A stretch of 32,648 nucleotides of DNA from Limisphaerales bacterium (lineage in GTDB: Bacteria > Verrucomicrobiota > Verrucomicrobiia > Limisphaerales > SIBE01), in the NCBI GenBank assembly GCA_044225505.1, contig JBGAIN010000104.1:1-32648 (forward strand), given 5' to 3'. The notes under the pieces are model-generated. The model did no database searches. It was not told the origin of the DNA and saw nothing but the letters and a program-made list of their open reading frames with translations. Positions 1 to 9,358 of the stretch are shown here, piece after piece. The position numbers were made by a program, and so were the translations under genes. Positions within the stretch are counted from its first letter, which is position 1. Each line of letters begins with the position of its first letter.

Positions 1-815
1 ACGCCAAAGTAGGCGCGTGGGTTGTCACTCCCAGAATTGGCAAACCTGTAGAAATCCAGGCGCTGTGGCTGAACGCACTGTGGATCGCGGGTCAGCAGCG
101 CCTCCAGTGGAAGGATTCTTTTGAACTGGCACTGGCCTCCTTCCGAGCGCGGTTTTGGAATAACGCGCGTTCCTGCCTTTACGACGTCGTCGACTGCCAC
201 CACCGTCAGGGTGAGGTCGATGCAACTCTGCGGCCGAATCAGATCCTCGCCGTTGGAGGTTTGCCATTAAACCTGCTGCCACTGCAACAGGCCGGCCAAG
301 TCGTGCGACTAGTCGAGGATGAGCTCTTAACACCGATGGGTTTACGTTCTCTCGGACCTGGAGAACCGGGATATGTGCCTCAATATCGAGGAGGCGTCTC
401 CGATCGGGATGGTTGTTACCATCAAGGAACCGTCTGGCCTTGGCTGCTAGGTCCATTCGTTGAAGCGTGGGTTCGAGTTCATGGCAATCACAAGGCTGCC
501 AAGAAAGAGGCACGTCGCCGATTCTTGGAACCTTTGCTGCACCACCTTAACGAAGCGGGCCTCGGGCACATTTCCGAAATCGCCGATGGCGACGCACCGC
601 ACACCCCTCGTGGTTGTCCATTTCAAGCCTGGTCTGTCGGAGAAGTGCTGCGCCTTGACCTGCAGGTTCTCCAGGAAGCCAAGCAGCGGACAAGCCCGAA
701 CAAGCCCAAGCGTCGAGCCGACGCGTCAAGTCGCAGTCCGAAACTCCCGCCCACGTCAGCCACAGACACCCAAATCGCCCCTGAAACGATCCACTCGTCC
801 CTGATTGGCCAATGA
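1..815 (+). CDS. Glycogen debranching enzyme / amylo-alpha-1,6-glucosidase family (C-terminal part; 5' truncated by window)
   Basis: The frame of ORF 261..815 is open back to base 3: AKVGAWVVTPRIGKPVEIQALW...LRPNQ...GLRSL...YHQGTVWPWLLG...ISEIADGDAPHTPRGCPFQAWSVGE, all typical GDE_C motifs. Stop overlaps the next start (ATGA at 812-815). Confidence 0.9.
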   Translation, partial: AKVGAWVVTPRIGKPVEIQALWLNALWIAGQQRLQWKDSFELALASFRARFWNNARSCLYDVVDCHHRQGEVDATLRPNQILAVGGLPLNLLPLQQAGQVVRLVEDELLTPMGLRSLGPGEPGYVPQYRGGVSDRDGCYHQGTVWPWLLGPFVEAWVRVHGNHKAAKKEARRRFLEPLLHHLNEAGLGHISEIADGDAPHTPRGCPFQAWSVGEVLRLDLQVLQEAKQRTSPNKPKRRADASSRSPKLPPTSATDTQIAPETIHSSLIGQ

Positions 816-3535
816 TCATGAATGCAGAACAGAAACGACTCACGTCCTCCGATGCCGCAAACCACCGATGGCGGCAATGGGGGCCATACCTGTCTGAACG
901 TCAGTGGGGAACAGTCCGTGAAGACTATAGCCCCCACGGAAATGCTTGGGAATACTTGCCACACGACCACGCCCGGAGCCGTGCCTATCGCTGGGGTGAA
1001 GACGGGCTCGCCGGGATTAGCGATGACGGTCAGCGTGTTTGCCTCTCCTTAGCGGTGTGGAATGGGCGCGATCCCATTCTAAAAGAGCGTCTCTTCGGCC
1101 TTACCAACTCCGAAGGGAACCATGGGGAAGACGTCAAAGAGCTCTACTACTATTTGGATGCCACACCGAGTCATTCCTACCTGAAGATGCTTTATAAATA
1201 TCCGCAGCGAGAGTTCCCCTACTCCTGGCTCGTAGACGAGAACCGCCGGCGCGGCAAAGATCAGCCTGAATTTGAACTGCTGGACACCGGCGTGTTTGAT
1301 GACAACCGATACTTCGACGTCTTCGTCGAATATGCCAAAGCAGGCACCGCGGATATTCTAATGCTTGTGACGGTCTGCAACCGCGGACCCGAGGCCGCTA
1401 CAATCCATCTCCTGCCTCAAGTTTGGTTCCGCAACACATGGTCGTGGAAGGATGGAGTTTCAAAGCCTTTCTTGAAGGTGGGCAACGCGGGGATTGAAGC
1501 TGAACATCCGGAACTGGGCCGTTACCAACTGCAGCTCGAGGGCGCCCCCGTGCTCCTCTTCTGCGACAACGAAACCAACGTTCGCCGTCTGTATGGACAA
1601 AACGATGCCAGCGGCCATTTCAAGGATGGCATCCACGAATACATCGTTCATGGGAATCATGCCGCGGTGAATGCGAAATTGCAGGGAACAAAAGCAGCCG
1701 CCCATTACCGAGTCGAGATCGCGGCGGAGGCCTCTGCAAGCCTTCGACTTCGTCTGACTCATGGTGGTCGTCCCAAGCCCTTCGAAGATTTCGATTCCAT
1801 TATCGCGCAACGCCGTCAAGAAGCGGATGAGTTTTATGATGATCTCCAGCAGGACTTGGAAGATGCGGACGCCCGGCTTGTGCAACGGCAGGCACTTGCC
1901 GGAATGATCTGGAGCAAACAGTTCTTTTACTACGATGTCCGGGAATGGATCGCGGGCGATCCGAGACAGCCCTCTCCCCCCCCAGAACGCCAGTCTGGAC
2001 GCAATCGAGAGTGGAGCCATCTCAACAATGCAGACATCATCTCGATGCCAGACAAGTGGGAGTATCCTTGGTACGCCGCTTGGGATCTGGCCTTCCATTG
2101 TATTCCGCTCGCTATGGTCGATCCGGCCTTTGCCAAGGATCAACTTGTTCTGCTTACCCGCGAATGGTACATGCACCCCAATGGTCAACTGCCCGCCTAC
2201 GAATGGGCTTTTGGAGACGTTAATCCCCCTGTCCACGCCTGGGCCAGCTGGCGCGTCTTCCAGATGGATCGCAAGCAACGTCGAATAGAATTTCCAGAGG
2301 ATCCTGGCGACCTGGCTTTCCTAGAACGTGTCTTTCACAAGCTCATACTGAATTTCACGTGGTGGGTGAATCGGAAAGATGCCCAAGGCCGCAATATTTT
2401 CCAAGGCGGGTTTCTGGGGTTGGATAATATTGGGGTCTTTGATCGCAGTGCCCCGTTGCCCACCGGAGGGTTTATTAACCAGGCGGACGGCACGAGTTGG
2501 ATGGCGATGTACTCCCTGAACCTTATGCGTATCGCTCTGGAATTGGCTAAACACAATGACGTCTACCAAGATATTGCAACGAAGTTCTTCGAGCACTTCC
2601 TCCACATTGCTGAAGCGATGAATAACCTCGGCGACGAAGGCATCGGACTGTGGGATGAGGGTGACGCATTCTATTACGACGTCCTCAATCTGCCGGACGG
2701 CCGTATGACCCCGCTTAAGGTTCGATCCATGGTCGGACTTATTCCCCTCTTCGCTGTAGAGGTCCTCGAGTCGAGCTTGTGGAACGAATTGCCTGAATTC
2801 GCCGAGCGATTGGAGTGGTTCCTCAACTACCGTCCTGACCTGGCAAAACTCGTCTCGCGCTGGGCCGAACCGGGCATGAAACATCGACATTTGCTCTCGC
2901 TCCTTCGCGGGCACCGGATGAAATGCTTACTTCGCCGCATGCTTGATGAAACGGAATTCTTGTCAGATTACGGGGTGCGCGCCCTTTCCTCAGAGCATCG
3001 AGAGCATCCTTACCAATTCCCAATTCACGGGCACGCTCTCGAGGTCTCCTACCAACCAGCCGAGTCCCGCTCGGGACTTTTCGGAGGCAATTCCAACTGG
3101 CGAGGTCCCATCTGGATGCCAGTCAACTATCTGCTAATCGAGGCGTTGCAGAAGTTCCATCATTATTACGGCGACGATTTTAAAGTGGAGTGCCCTACCG
3201 GTTCAGGTCGATTCATCACAATTAACGACGTCGCCGAGGAGTTAACACGACGTTTAGCTGGGCTCTTTCTCAAAGGCCCAGATGGGCAGCGTCCCGTCCT
3301 GAAATATCATCACAAGCTCGCAACCGACCCTCACTTCAGGGATTACTTGCTATTCCACGAGTACTTCGACGGAGACACTGGTCGCGGTGTCGGTGCTTCA
3401 CATCAAACCGGCTGGACTGGATTGATCGCGAAACTTCTTCACCCACGCAAGGTCGCTTCCCAAACCACCGTTAGCAAAACCACAAAAACCTCTCCATCGG
3501 CGAGAAAACGATCGAAAATATTGGCGGTCGCCTAA
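812..3535 (+). CDS. GH63-like (MGH1-like) glucosidase
   Basis: 907 aa with WGPYLSERQWGTVREDYS, SMPDKWEYPWYAAWDLAFH, FGGNSNWRGPIW and FHEYFDGDTGRGVGASHQTGWTG, characteristic of the large bacterial GH63-like glucosidases. Translationally coupled to the GDE gene; start may be 818. Confidence 0.88.
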   Translation: MIMNAEQKRLTSSDAANHRWRQWGPYLSERQWGTVREDYSPHGNAWEYLPHDHARSRAYRWGEDGLAGISDDGQRVCLSLAVWNGRDPILKERLFGLTNSEGNHGEDVKELYYYLDATPSHSYLKMLYKYPQREFPYSWLVDENRRRGKDQPEFELLDTGVFDDNRYFDVFVEYAKAGTADILMLVTVCNRGPEAATIHLLPQVWFRNTWSWKDGVSKPFLKVGNAGIEAEHPELGRYQLQLEGAPVLLFCDNETNVRRLYGQNDASGHFKDGIHEYIVHGNHAAVNAKLQGTKAAAHYRVEIAAEASASLRLRLTHGGRPKPFEDFDSIIAQRRQEADEFYDDLQQDLEDADARLVQRQALAGMIWSKQFFYYDVREWIAGDPRQPSPPPERQSGRNREWSHLNNADIISMPDKWEYPWYAAWDLAFHCIPLAMVDPAFAKDQLVLLTREWYMHPNGQLPAYEWAFGDVNPPVHAWASWRVFQMDRKQRRIEFPEDPGDLAFLERVFHKLILNFTWWVNRKDAQGRNIFQGGFLGLDNIGVFDRSAPLPTGGFINQADGTSWMAMYSLNLMRIALELAKHNDVYQDIATKFFEHFLHIAEAMNNLGDEGIGLWDEGDAFYYDVLNLPDGRMTPLKVRSMVGLIPLFAVEVLESSLWNELPEFAERLEWFLNYRPDLAKLVSRWAEPGMKHRHLLSLLRGHRMKCLLRRMLDETEFLSDYGVRALSSEHREHPYQFPIHGHALEVSYQPAESRSGLFGGNSNWRGPIWMPVNYLLIEALQKFHHYYGDDFKVECPTGSGRFITINDVAEELTRRLAGLFLKGPDGQRPVLKYHHKLATDPHFRDYLLFHEYFDGDTGRGVGASHQTGWTGLIAKLLHPRKVASQTTVSKTTKTSPSARKRSKILAVA

Positions 3536-3554
3536 TCATAGGCTCTGCGCACGA

Positions 3555-3575
3555 GCATGCCGAGAGTCGGCATGC
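3555..3575. repeat. Perfect 9-bp inverted repeat (GCATGCCGA-gag-TCGGCATGC) between the glucosidase and aquaporin genes
   Basis: Read directly from the sequence. No U-tract follows, so it is not a classic intrinsic terminator. Confidence 0.6.
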
Positions 3576-3611
3576 GGGCAATGCAATGCCCAACGCGCAT
3601 CAACTTTCGGG

Positions 3612-4424
3612 ATGGTGTTCCAACCTATGGTACAGATTCTGGCGAAACACTGGCCCGAGTATCTGATCGAAGGCGCTCTGCTTGGCATCTTCATGATTTC
3701 TGCGACGCTCGTCACGGCGCTCGTCGAACACCCGAACTCCCCCATTCATCGCACGGTCCCGCATCGCGGTCTCCGCCGAATGCTCATTGGACTCGCGATG
3801 GGAATCACTGCAATCGCGCTGATCTATTCTCCTTGGGGTCAACAATCCGGAGCGCACTTTAACCCCGCGACAACGCTGGCCTTTCTGCGTCTCGGCAAAA
3901 TAACCGCGGAGGACGCGATGTTCTACATTATCGGGCAGTTCGTGGGCGGAGCTGCGGGTGTCTTGATGGCGAGAGCTTTGATCGGGGAGCTCATTGCACA
4001 CCCCTCGGTGAACTACGTGGTAACCGTCCCAGGAACCCAGGGAATCGCCGTTGCGTTCATCGCTGAGGTGGCCATTTCCTGCGGAATGATGTTCATGGTT
4101 CTTTGGACGTCGAATACCCCGCACCTAGCCCGCAATACCGGTGTCTTCGCAGGGATCCTCGTGTTCCTCTATATCACTTTCGAAGCTCCTTACTCGGGTA
4201 TGAGCTTAAATCCCGCTCGCACGGTAGCTTCTGCACTGCCAAGCGGAAACTGGACCGGCGCCTGGATCTATTTCATTGCGCCGGTTCTAGGCATGCTGCT
4301 GGCGGTTGAAGCCTATCGCACCACCTTTGGGCTTAGCCGCGTCCGTTGCGCGAAACTTAATCATCCCACCGATCGCCATTGCATTTTCTGCGGAGAGAGT
4401 GAGTTGCAGCACGACGCGAAGTGA
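3612..4424 (+). CDS. MIP/aquaporin family channel
   Basis: Two NPA boxes (SGAHFNPATT, GMSLNPART), six hydrophobic segments, WIYFIAPVLG. C-terminal CAKLNH-x5-CIFC tail. Start could be 3627. Confidence 0.92.
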   Translation: MVFQPMVQILAKHWPEYLIEGALLGIFMISATLVTALVEHPNSPIHRTVPHRGLRRMLIGLAMGITAIALIYSPWGQQSGAHFNPATTLAFLRLGKITAEDAMFYIIGQFVGGAAGVLMARALIGELIAHPSVNYVVTVPGTQGIAVAFIAEVAISCGMMFMVLWTSNTPHLARNTGVFAGILVFLYITFEAPYSGMSLNPARTVASALPSGNWTGAWIYFIAPVLGMLLAVEAYRTTFGLSRVRCAKLNHPTDRHCIFCGESELQHDAK

Positions 4425-4612
4425 GGGATGCGTTTCGGATGCTCGCAATGGTCCCGAGCGGCCGGTCAAGCCGTCTGAGCGGTTCAGCGTAAAGTTGCGC
4501 CGCTCTGAGCGACAGACTGAAGCCGCCGTTGCCGTGGAGCGACCTATCAACAACGAAGAAACGCTCTCAGAATCTTATGCTTTGGAGCCGGGAACACGAT
4601 GGCGATCCACAC

Positions 4613-6175
4613 TCAGCGACGCTGCCACCCGAGCCAATGCCTGAAGAGGTTTTTCACTGCCGGAGTTAACCGCCCGCGATTGTAAAGATCACCCGTCTTC
4701 CGAATCGCCTCCGCGACCGTTGGGTAGGGTTGAATTACATTTCCGACGGCCTTGAGGCCGATCTTGCCGGTCATGGCCAACGTCAGCATTCCAATCACTT
4801 CCCCAGCGTGGCTCGCCACCACGGTTGCTCCGAGAATCCGATCTGTTCCTTTGCGAAGATGAACGCGGACAAACCCTTCCGCTTCTCCATCCAGAATCGC
4901 TCGATCCACTCCATCGAGAGGTTGTGTGATCGTATCCAATTCAAGGTGCTTTGCTTTCGCTTCTACCTCAGAAACGCCGACGTGGGCGACCTCCGGCGAG
5001 GTATAGGTGCACCAAGGAATCACCAGGTTACCGACGCGCTTTCGTCCGTGAAAAAGAGCATTCTGAATCACAATCCGCGCCATAGCATCAGCCGCATGAG
5101 TGAACTGAAATCGAGAACAGACATCGCCACAGGCGTAAACTTTGGGATTCGTCGTCTGAAGCCGGTCATTGACTTCTACCCCGCGGCCATTCCACTGGAT
5201 CTCCGCCTTTTCGAGCTCCAAGCGTTCGATGTTGGGGACTCTCCCCGCAGCAATAAAGAGCGCGTGGACGGTTGTGTCGTAACGCTCGCTATGGGACTTC
5301 ACCTGGAGGCGAATTTCCTTACCCGAGGAATGCACCTTGAGCTCGTGCCCGCAGCAAAGCAGTTTAACCCCGTCTCTTGTCATGGAAGTTTGGACAAGAT
5401 CGGCTGCGTCGCGGTCTTCTCGCGGAAGGATGCCATGCTGCGTCTCTACCAAGTAAACCTCAGAACCGAAACGGGCGAATGCTTGAGCCATCTCGCACCC
5501 AATCGGCCCAGCTCCGATAATCCCAAGGCGTCTCGGCAATTCCGTGAGTGAAAAGATGGTTTCATTCGTCAAGTAGGCAACGTCTGCTAAGCCAGGAACA
5601 GGGGGAGCTCCGGCGCGAGCCCCCGTCGCGATCACGGCCTTCGAGAAACGCAGCGTTTTGTTGGCAACTTCGATCGTGCCCGTTCCGGAAAAGCGCCCTT
5701 CCCCAATGAAGACGTCCACTCCCAAGCCGCGAAAACGAGCTGCGGAATCGTGTGGACTAAGTTCCGCTCGCACCCGCCGCATTCGAGTCATTACCGCCGC
5801 GAAGTCGACAGGACTGCTCCCTTCCAATCGAACTCCGAACTCTCCCGCACGCCGAACTTCCTCCGCCGCGCGAGCAGCGCGAAGGAGCGCTTTGGAAGGA
5901 ACACATCCTACGTTCAAACAATCACCGCCGAGAAGGTGTCGCTCAACCAGAGCCACTCTAGCCCCCAAACCGGCTGCCCCAACTGCAGTGACCAGGCCCG
6001 CCGTTCCGCCGCCAATGACCACGAGATTGTAACACGGCGCTGGCTGAGGGTTCACCCAGTCGGGCGGGTGAACATTCTGGTAAAGAGTCTGATTGGCTTC
6101 ATCCCAGGGATGGAGCGGCGGCAACGCCGCTGGCGGGTTGTGGCGGACAGGAATGGCGGACGAATTGGAGCTCAT
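4613..6175 (-). CDS. Pyridine nucleotide-disulfide oxidoreductase, 'mercuric reductase-like' (class I flavoprotein disulfide reductase)
   Basis: GGGTAG FAD motif, GGDCLNVGCVPSK redox-active disulfide, GAGPIGCE NAD(P)H motif, dimerisation domain. It lacks the C-terminal Cys-Cys pair of true MerA, so it is not called merA. Confidence 0.88.
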   Translation of the reverse strand: MSSNSSAIPVRHNPPAALPPLHPWDEANQTLYQNVHPPDWVNPQPAPCYNLVVIGGGTAGLVTAVGAAGLGARVALVERHLLGGDCLNVGCVPSKALLRAARAAEEVRRAGEFGVRLEGSSPVDFAAVMTRMRRVRAELSPHDSAARFRGLGVDVFIGEGRFSGTGTIEVANKTLRFSKAVIATGARAGAPPVPGLADVAYLTNETIFSLTELPRRLGIIGAGPIGCEMAQAFARFGSEVYLVETQHGILPREDRDAADLVQTSMTRDGVKLLCCGHELKVHSSGKEIRLQVKSHSERYDTTVHALFIAAGRVPNIERLELEKAEIQWNGRGVEVNDRLQTTNPKVYACGDVCSRFQFTHAADAMARIVIQNALFHGRKRVGNLVIPWCTYTSPEVAHVGVSEVEAKAKHLELDTITQPLDGVDRAILDGEAEGFVRVHLRKGTDRILGATVVASHAGEVIGMLTLAMTGKIGLKAVGNVIQPYPTVAEAIRKTGDLYNRGRLTPAVKNLFRHWLGWQRR

Positions 6176-6888
6176 GATGGTTTAGCTGCTCGTTTGGCAA
6201 TGGCGCGACGGGCGATGCGCGTCAAAACGACAGTCACCGCGATGGTAGCGAGGAGGCCAATCCCATAAAGCGCCCACTCTGCAGGACTGCGCTGCTTCGT
6301 TCCAACGCGAGTCAAAGACCCAAGGTAAACGAATACCAGAGTCCCAGGCATCATCCCGATCCAAGAGGCGATGACGTAGTCGCGCAGCCGAACCTGCGTT
6401 AAGCCAAACGCATAATTGAGCAGCGTGAATGGGAAAACGGGGGACAATCGGGTCAAGATTACGATTTTGCTCCCTTCCGCGACGACCGCACGGTCGATCG
6501 CGAGGAATACCGGATTGTCCTGGATCTTGTTTGCTACCCAATCTCGCGCGAAGTACCGGCCGATCAGGAATGCCGCCGTTGCCCCTAACACGGACGCCAC
6601 GGAGACATAAAGAAAGCCGCGGGTCACTCCAAATAGCCCCCCAGCTCCCAAGGTCAGCACCGAACCTGGAATTAACAGAACGGCGGCCAGTCCATAAATC
6701 ACGATAAAAAGGACCGGTCCCAACGCGCCTAAAGAATCCACGAACTTCAGCGTGTCTCCGAGCTTTTGGGGCACATCCACGAAACGGAACAAGGCGAGCA
6801 ACCCGATTAACACGGCGGCCACAATCATCCATCTGCGGTGGCTTGAGGATCCAGGAAGCTTCTGACTTTTAAGCGAAGTGTTGGACAT
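6172..6888 (-). CDS. TVP38/TMEM64 (VTT/DedA, SNARE-associated) family membrane protein
   Basis: IPGSVLTLGAGGLFG, GATAAFLIGRY, RLSPVFPFTLLNYAFGLT, SWIGMMPGT motifs. 4-nt overlap with the downstream flavoprotein gene. Confidence 0.92.
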   Translation of the reverse strand: MSNTSLKSQKLPGSSSHRRWMIVAAVLIGLLALFRFVDVPQKLGDTLKFVDSLGALGPVLFIVIYGLAAVLLIPGSVLTLGAGGLFGVTRGFLYVSVASVLGATAAFLIGRYFARDWVANKIQDNPVFLAIDRAVVAEGSKIVILTRLSPVFPFTLLNYAFGLTQVRLRDYVIASWIGMMPGTLVFVYLGSLTRVGTKQRSPAEWALYGIGLLATIAVTVVLTRIARRAIAKRAAKPS

Positions 6889-6991
6889 CTGTTTTCATCC
6901 CTTGTCTTTTCCGTTGGGTCGTCGATCGTGGGATCACTAACCCCTCCTTGCAAGGTACCCCTCATCGGGCCCAGATGCGATCCACAATCGT

Positions 6992-7021
6992 TTGGTCGCG
7001 TCCGACGGTCGTCGGCTTACA
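6992..7021 (-). promoter_or_regulatory. Putative ECF-sigma-type promoter TGTAAG-N17-CGACCAA upstream of the VTT/flavoprotein operon
   Basis: Minus strand reads TGTAAG (7021-7016), 17 nt, CGAC (6998-6995) CAA. The same bipartite motif recurs at 7063 and 11498. Confidence 0.55.
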
Positions 7022-7062
7022 AGGGGTATTGAGACAAGCTGACTGGAAGTTGTCTGTCTGGT

Positions 7063-7091
7063 TGTAAGGCTACGCAGGCAACTCCGACGAA
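7063..7091 (+). promoter_or_regulatory. Putative ECF-sigma-type promoter TGTAAG-N16-CGACGAA upstream of the YHS gene
   Basis: TGTAAG 7063-7068, CGAC 7085-7088, about 43 nt before ATG 7132; divergent partner of the minus-strand copy. Confidence 0.55.
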
Positions 7092-7131
7092 CCAGCAACT
7101 AACGGTCAAACAAAACTCATTTCAACAATCC

Positions 7132-8046
7132 ATGAACAAATCTTTCCTAGCATTCGCATTCCTGCTGACAGCGGCAGGCCCCGCCTTACCGGGTGGCGTT
7201 CCAGACCACAAAACTCTGGTTTTAAAGAATAGAGAGGGTGTGGCCATTTTGGGATACGACCCGGTCGCTTACTTTACGGAGAACAAGCCCGCGAAAGGCA
7301 ATCCCAAGTTCCACTCGGAGTATGAAGGCGCGCATTACTACTTCGCAACGGAAGAACACAAAACGCGTTTCGATGCCATGCCCGCACGCTATGCTCCGGC
7401 GTATGGTGGTTATTGCGGATACGCCGCAAGCGTCGATCGCCTGTCGCCGATCAGCCCGGAGTGGTTTCAAATCATCGACGGCAAACTGATCCTTCAACAC
7501 AACAAGAAGGCGTTTGATCTCTTTAACAAGGACCTATCGGAGAACGTGCGAAAGGCGGATAAGCACTGGCCAGGCTTGCTAATCCGCAACGGGTCGGGAG
7601 GCAAATCCCTCGTCTTTACAGACAAGAAGGGTATCGCTCTGGGAGGTTACGATCCTCTCGCATACTTCCGCGAAGGAAAGGCGGTTAAGGGTGATCCGAA
7701 GATCGAAGCCACGTTTGATGGAGCTCTGTATCATTTTGCGTCGCAGGAACACCGCGAGGCCTTTGAGCGAAGCCCGATTTCCTACGCACCTGCTTATGGT
7801 GGATTTTGCGGTTATGCAGCCAGCGTCGGGAAGGTTCGGCCCGCCAATCCTCAACTTTGGTCCATCGTCGATGGCAAGCTTATCCTGCAACACACCAAGG
7901 GGGCACTGGAGCTTTGGGAACGAGATGTGCCTTTGAATAAACAGAAAGCGGATGCCAATTGGCCAAAGCTCGTCGAGATCAAGGCTGGGCAAAAGAATCC
8001 GGTCGACAGTCTTTTGGGGAAGTCGACGCTGGCCCAACTCCCATAG
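7132..8046 (+). CDS. Secreted tandem YHS-domain protein (YHS-domain (seleno)protein family; Cys form)
   Basis: N-terminal signal peptide. Two homologous halves, each GYDPxAYF...KG...GAxYxFAxxEH...F...P..YAPAYGG[YF]CGYAAS...W.I.DGKLILQH...AD..WP.L. Confidence 0.85.
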   Translation: MNKSFLAFAFLLTAAGPALPGGVPDHKTLVLKNREGVAILGYDPVAYFTENKPAKGNPKFHSEYEGAHYYFATEEHKTRFDAMPARYAPAYGGYCGYAASVDRLSPISPEWFQIIDGKLILQHNKKAFDLFNKDLSENVRKADKHWPGLLIRNGSGGKSLVFTDKKGIALGGYDPLAYFREGKAVKGDPKIEATFDGALYHFASQEHREAFERSPISYAPAYGGFCGYAASVGKVRPANPQLWSIVDGKLILQHTKGALELWERDVPLNKQKADANWPKLVEIKAGQKNPVDSLLGKSTLAQLP

Positions 8047-8197
8047 CTCCTTCTAACTTAACTGTCACCTTATGATTCTCATTGCGTTGGCACTCTCGGT
8101 CTTGGCCGGAACGATCCTGCTCGCCGCCGCCGTGATCGGCAATGCGACTCCGCCCCATGCCATGCTTCCGATTCCGACGTCGCCGCAAACTATTTCG

Positions 8198-8695
8198 ATG
8201 AACACTTCCATCCCGACTTGGGCGCTCGCCCTCCTTTTCTCAGTGAATTCCATGCTGGCAGATGAGTCCATCGCCAGTAAGCAGACTCTGACGCTCGAAG
8301 GCGCAAAGAAGGCGGGTGAGGCTGCGGCCGCTTACGCCAGGCAAAACGGAGCAAGTGCCGCCGTGGCCGTAGTCGATGAAGGGGGACACCTCCTCTATTT
8401 CATTCGCCTGGAAAACACTTTTACGGCAAGCCCCAGCATCTCGATTGGGAAAGCGAAAACAGCTGCCCTCTTCAAGAAGCCCACGAAAGAATTTGAGGAC
8501 ATCATCAACAAAGGGCGTACGGCGATGACTGCTTTACCTCCCGACTTCACCCCATTGCAAGGTGGTGTACCAATCCGGCAGGGCGACCACATCGTAGGCG
8601 CCATTGGGGTGAGCGGGGCCAAGAGCGCCGCGCAAGATGAGGAAGTGGCGAAGGCCGGAGCAGCCGCCGTCGAAATAACCCAGACCGGACATTGA
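8198..8695 (+). CDS. GlcG/HbpS family heme-binding protein, probably exported
   Basis: LTLEGAKK, AVAVVDEGGHL, ISIGKAKTAALF, LQGGVPI, GAIGVSGA..AAQDEEVA. Start placed at ATG 8198 because a signal-peptide-like segment follows; the ORF extends back to 8072. Confidence 0.85.
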   Translation: MNTSIPTWALALLFSVNSMLADESIASKQTLTLEGAKKAGEAAAAYARQNGASAAVAVVDEGGHLLYFIRLENTFTASPSISIGKAKTAALFKKPTKEFEDIINKGRTAMTALPPDFTPLQGGVPIRQGDHIVGAIGVSGAKSAAQDEEVAKAGAAAVEITQTGH

Positions 8696-8869
8696 TGAGT
8701 CGAGGTCCGACGCGCGAACAGACAGGAACGATTAACAAACCTTCCCCCGCATTGGAGCCGCTTCTGCTGGGTGCTGGCGCTCCGTGTTTTAGTCCAAGGA
8801 CGACAGAAACCACACCCAGCTCGTTTTGGAGCGGGTTCCAGGTTGCGTCCAGACTGCAAAGCCTGGGGC

Positions 8870-9205
8870 TTAGGGCCTCGTGGAAGTGCTCGCGCTCAGG
8901 TGGAAAACCTCTCGCAACTCGGTCGACACCGGACTGTTGTCACTTTGGGAAGGCATGATCTCACGCATGAATACCCACCAGCGTTGGCAGGCAGCCGTCT
9001 GGGCGATCGCCTCCCACTCGTGCTGGCTTCGGAACTCGACATAAGCAAAGAGCTGGCGCGTTTCCGCATGGAGGAAGATGGAATAGCTCTGCACGCCGTG
9101 TTCCAGTAGAGCCTTTTCCAGCTCTGGCCAGATTGGACGGTGCCGGCGCTCATATTCGGTTTCGGCTCCCGGGTGAACCGACATGACAAATGCTTTTCGA
9201 ACCAT
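8870..9205 (-). CDS. rhaM: L-rhamnose mutarotase
   Basis: MVRKAFVMSVHPGAETEYERRHRPIWPEL...YSIFL...LFAYVE...CQRWW.FM..IMPS..DNSPVS.ELREVFHL matches RhaM. AAGGA RBS shortly upstream of ATG 9205. Confidence 0.88.
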   Translation of the reverse strand: MVRKAFVMSVHPGAETEYERRHRPIWPELEKALLEHGVQSYSIFLHAETRQLFAYVEFRSQHEWEAIAQTAACQRWWVFMREIMPSQSDNSPVSTELREVFHLSASTSTRP

Positions 9206-9358
9206 GCGGACATTCCTTAAATCGTGGCTTGCTTGCGATCGATTCTGCGGTGCGCGTCCAAGAAATCCAGTCGTTAGTTTCCCAAAGTTGGCACGGTGCC
9301 AGATTGGTGTAAAACCGAGTTTCAATCCACGAGGCGTTCCATCACTATTCTCCAACGG

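Noticed and set aside
4306..4644. 112-aa ORF and short CTGAGCG repeats in the aquaporin-flavoprotein gap
   Set aside because: The ORF overlaps both real genes; the repeats are too short and irregular to support a call.
4613..6175. Calling the flavoprotein merA (mercury resistance)
   Set aside because: No C-terminal Cys-Cys, no NmerA domain, and no merR/T/P nearby.
7132..8046. Selenocysteine recoding in the YHS protein
   Set aside because: Both candidate positions are TGC (Cys) and there is no in-frame TGA.
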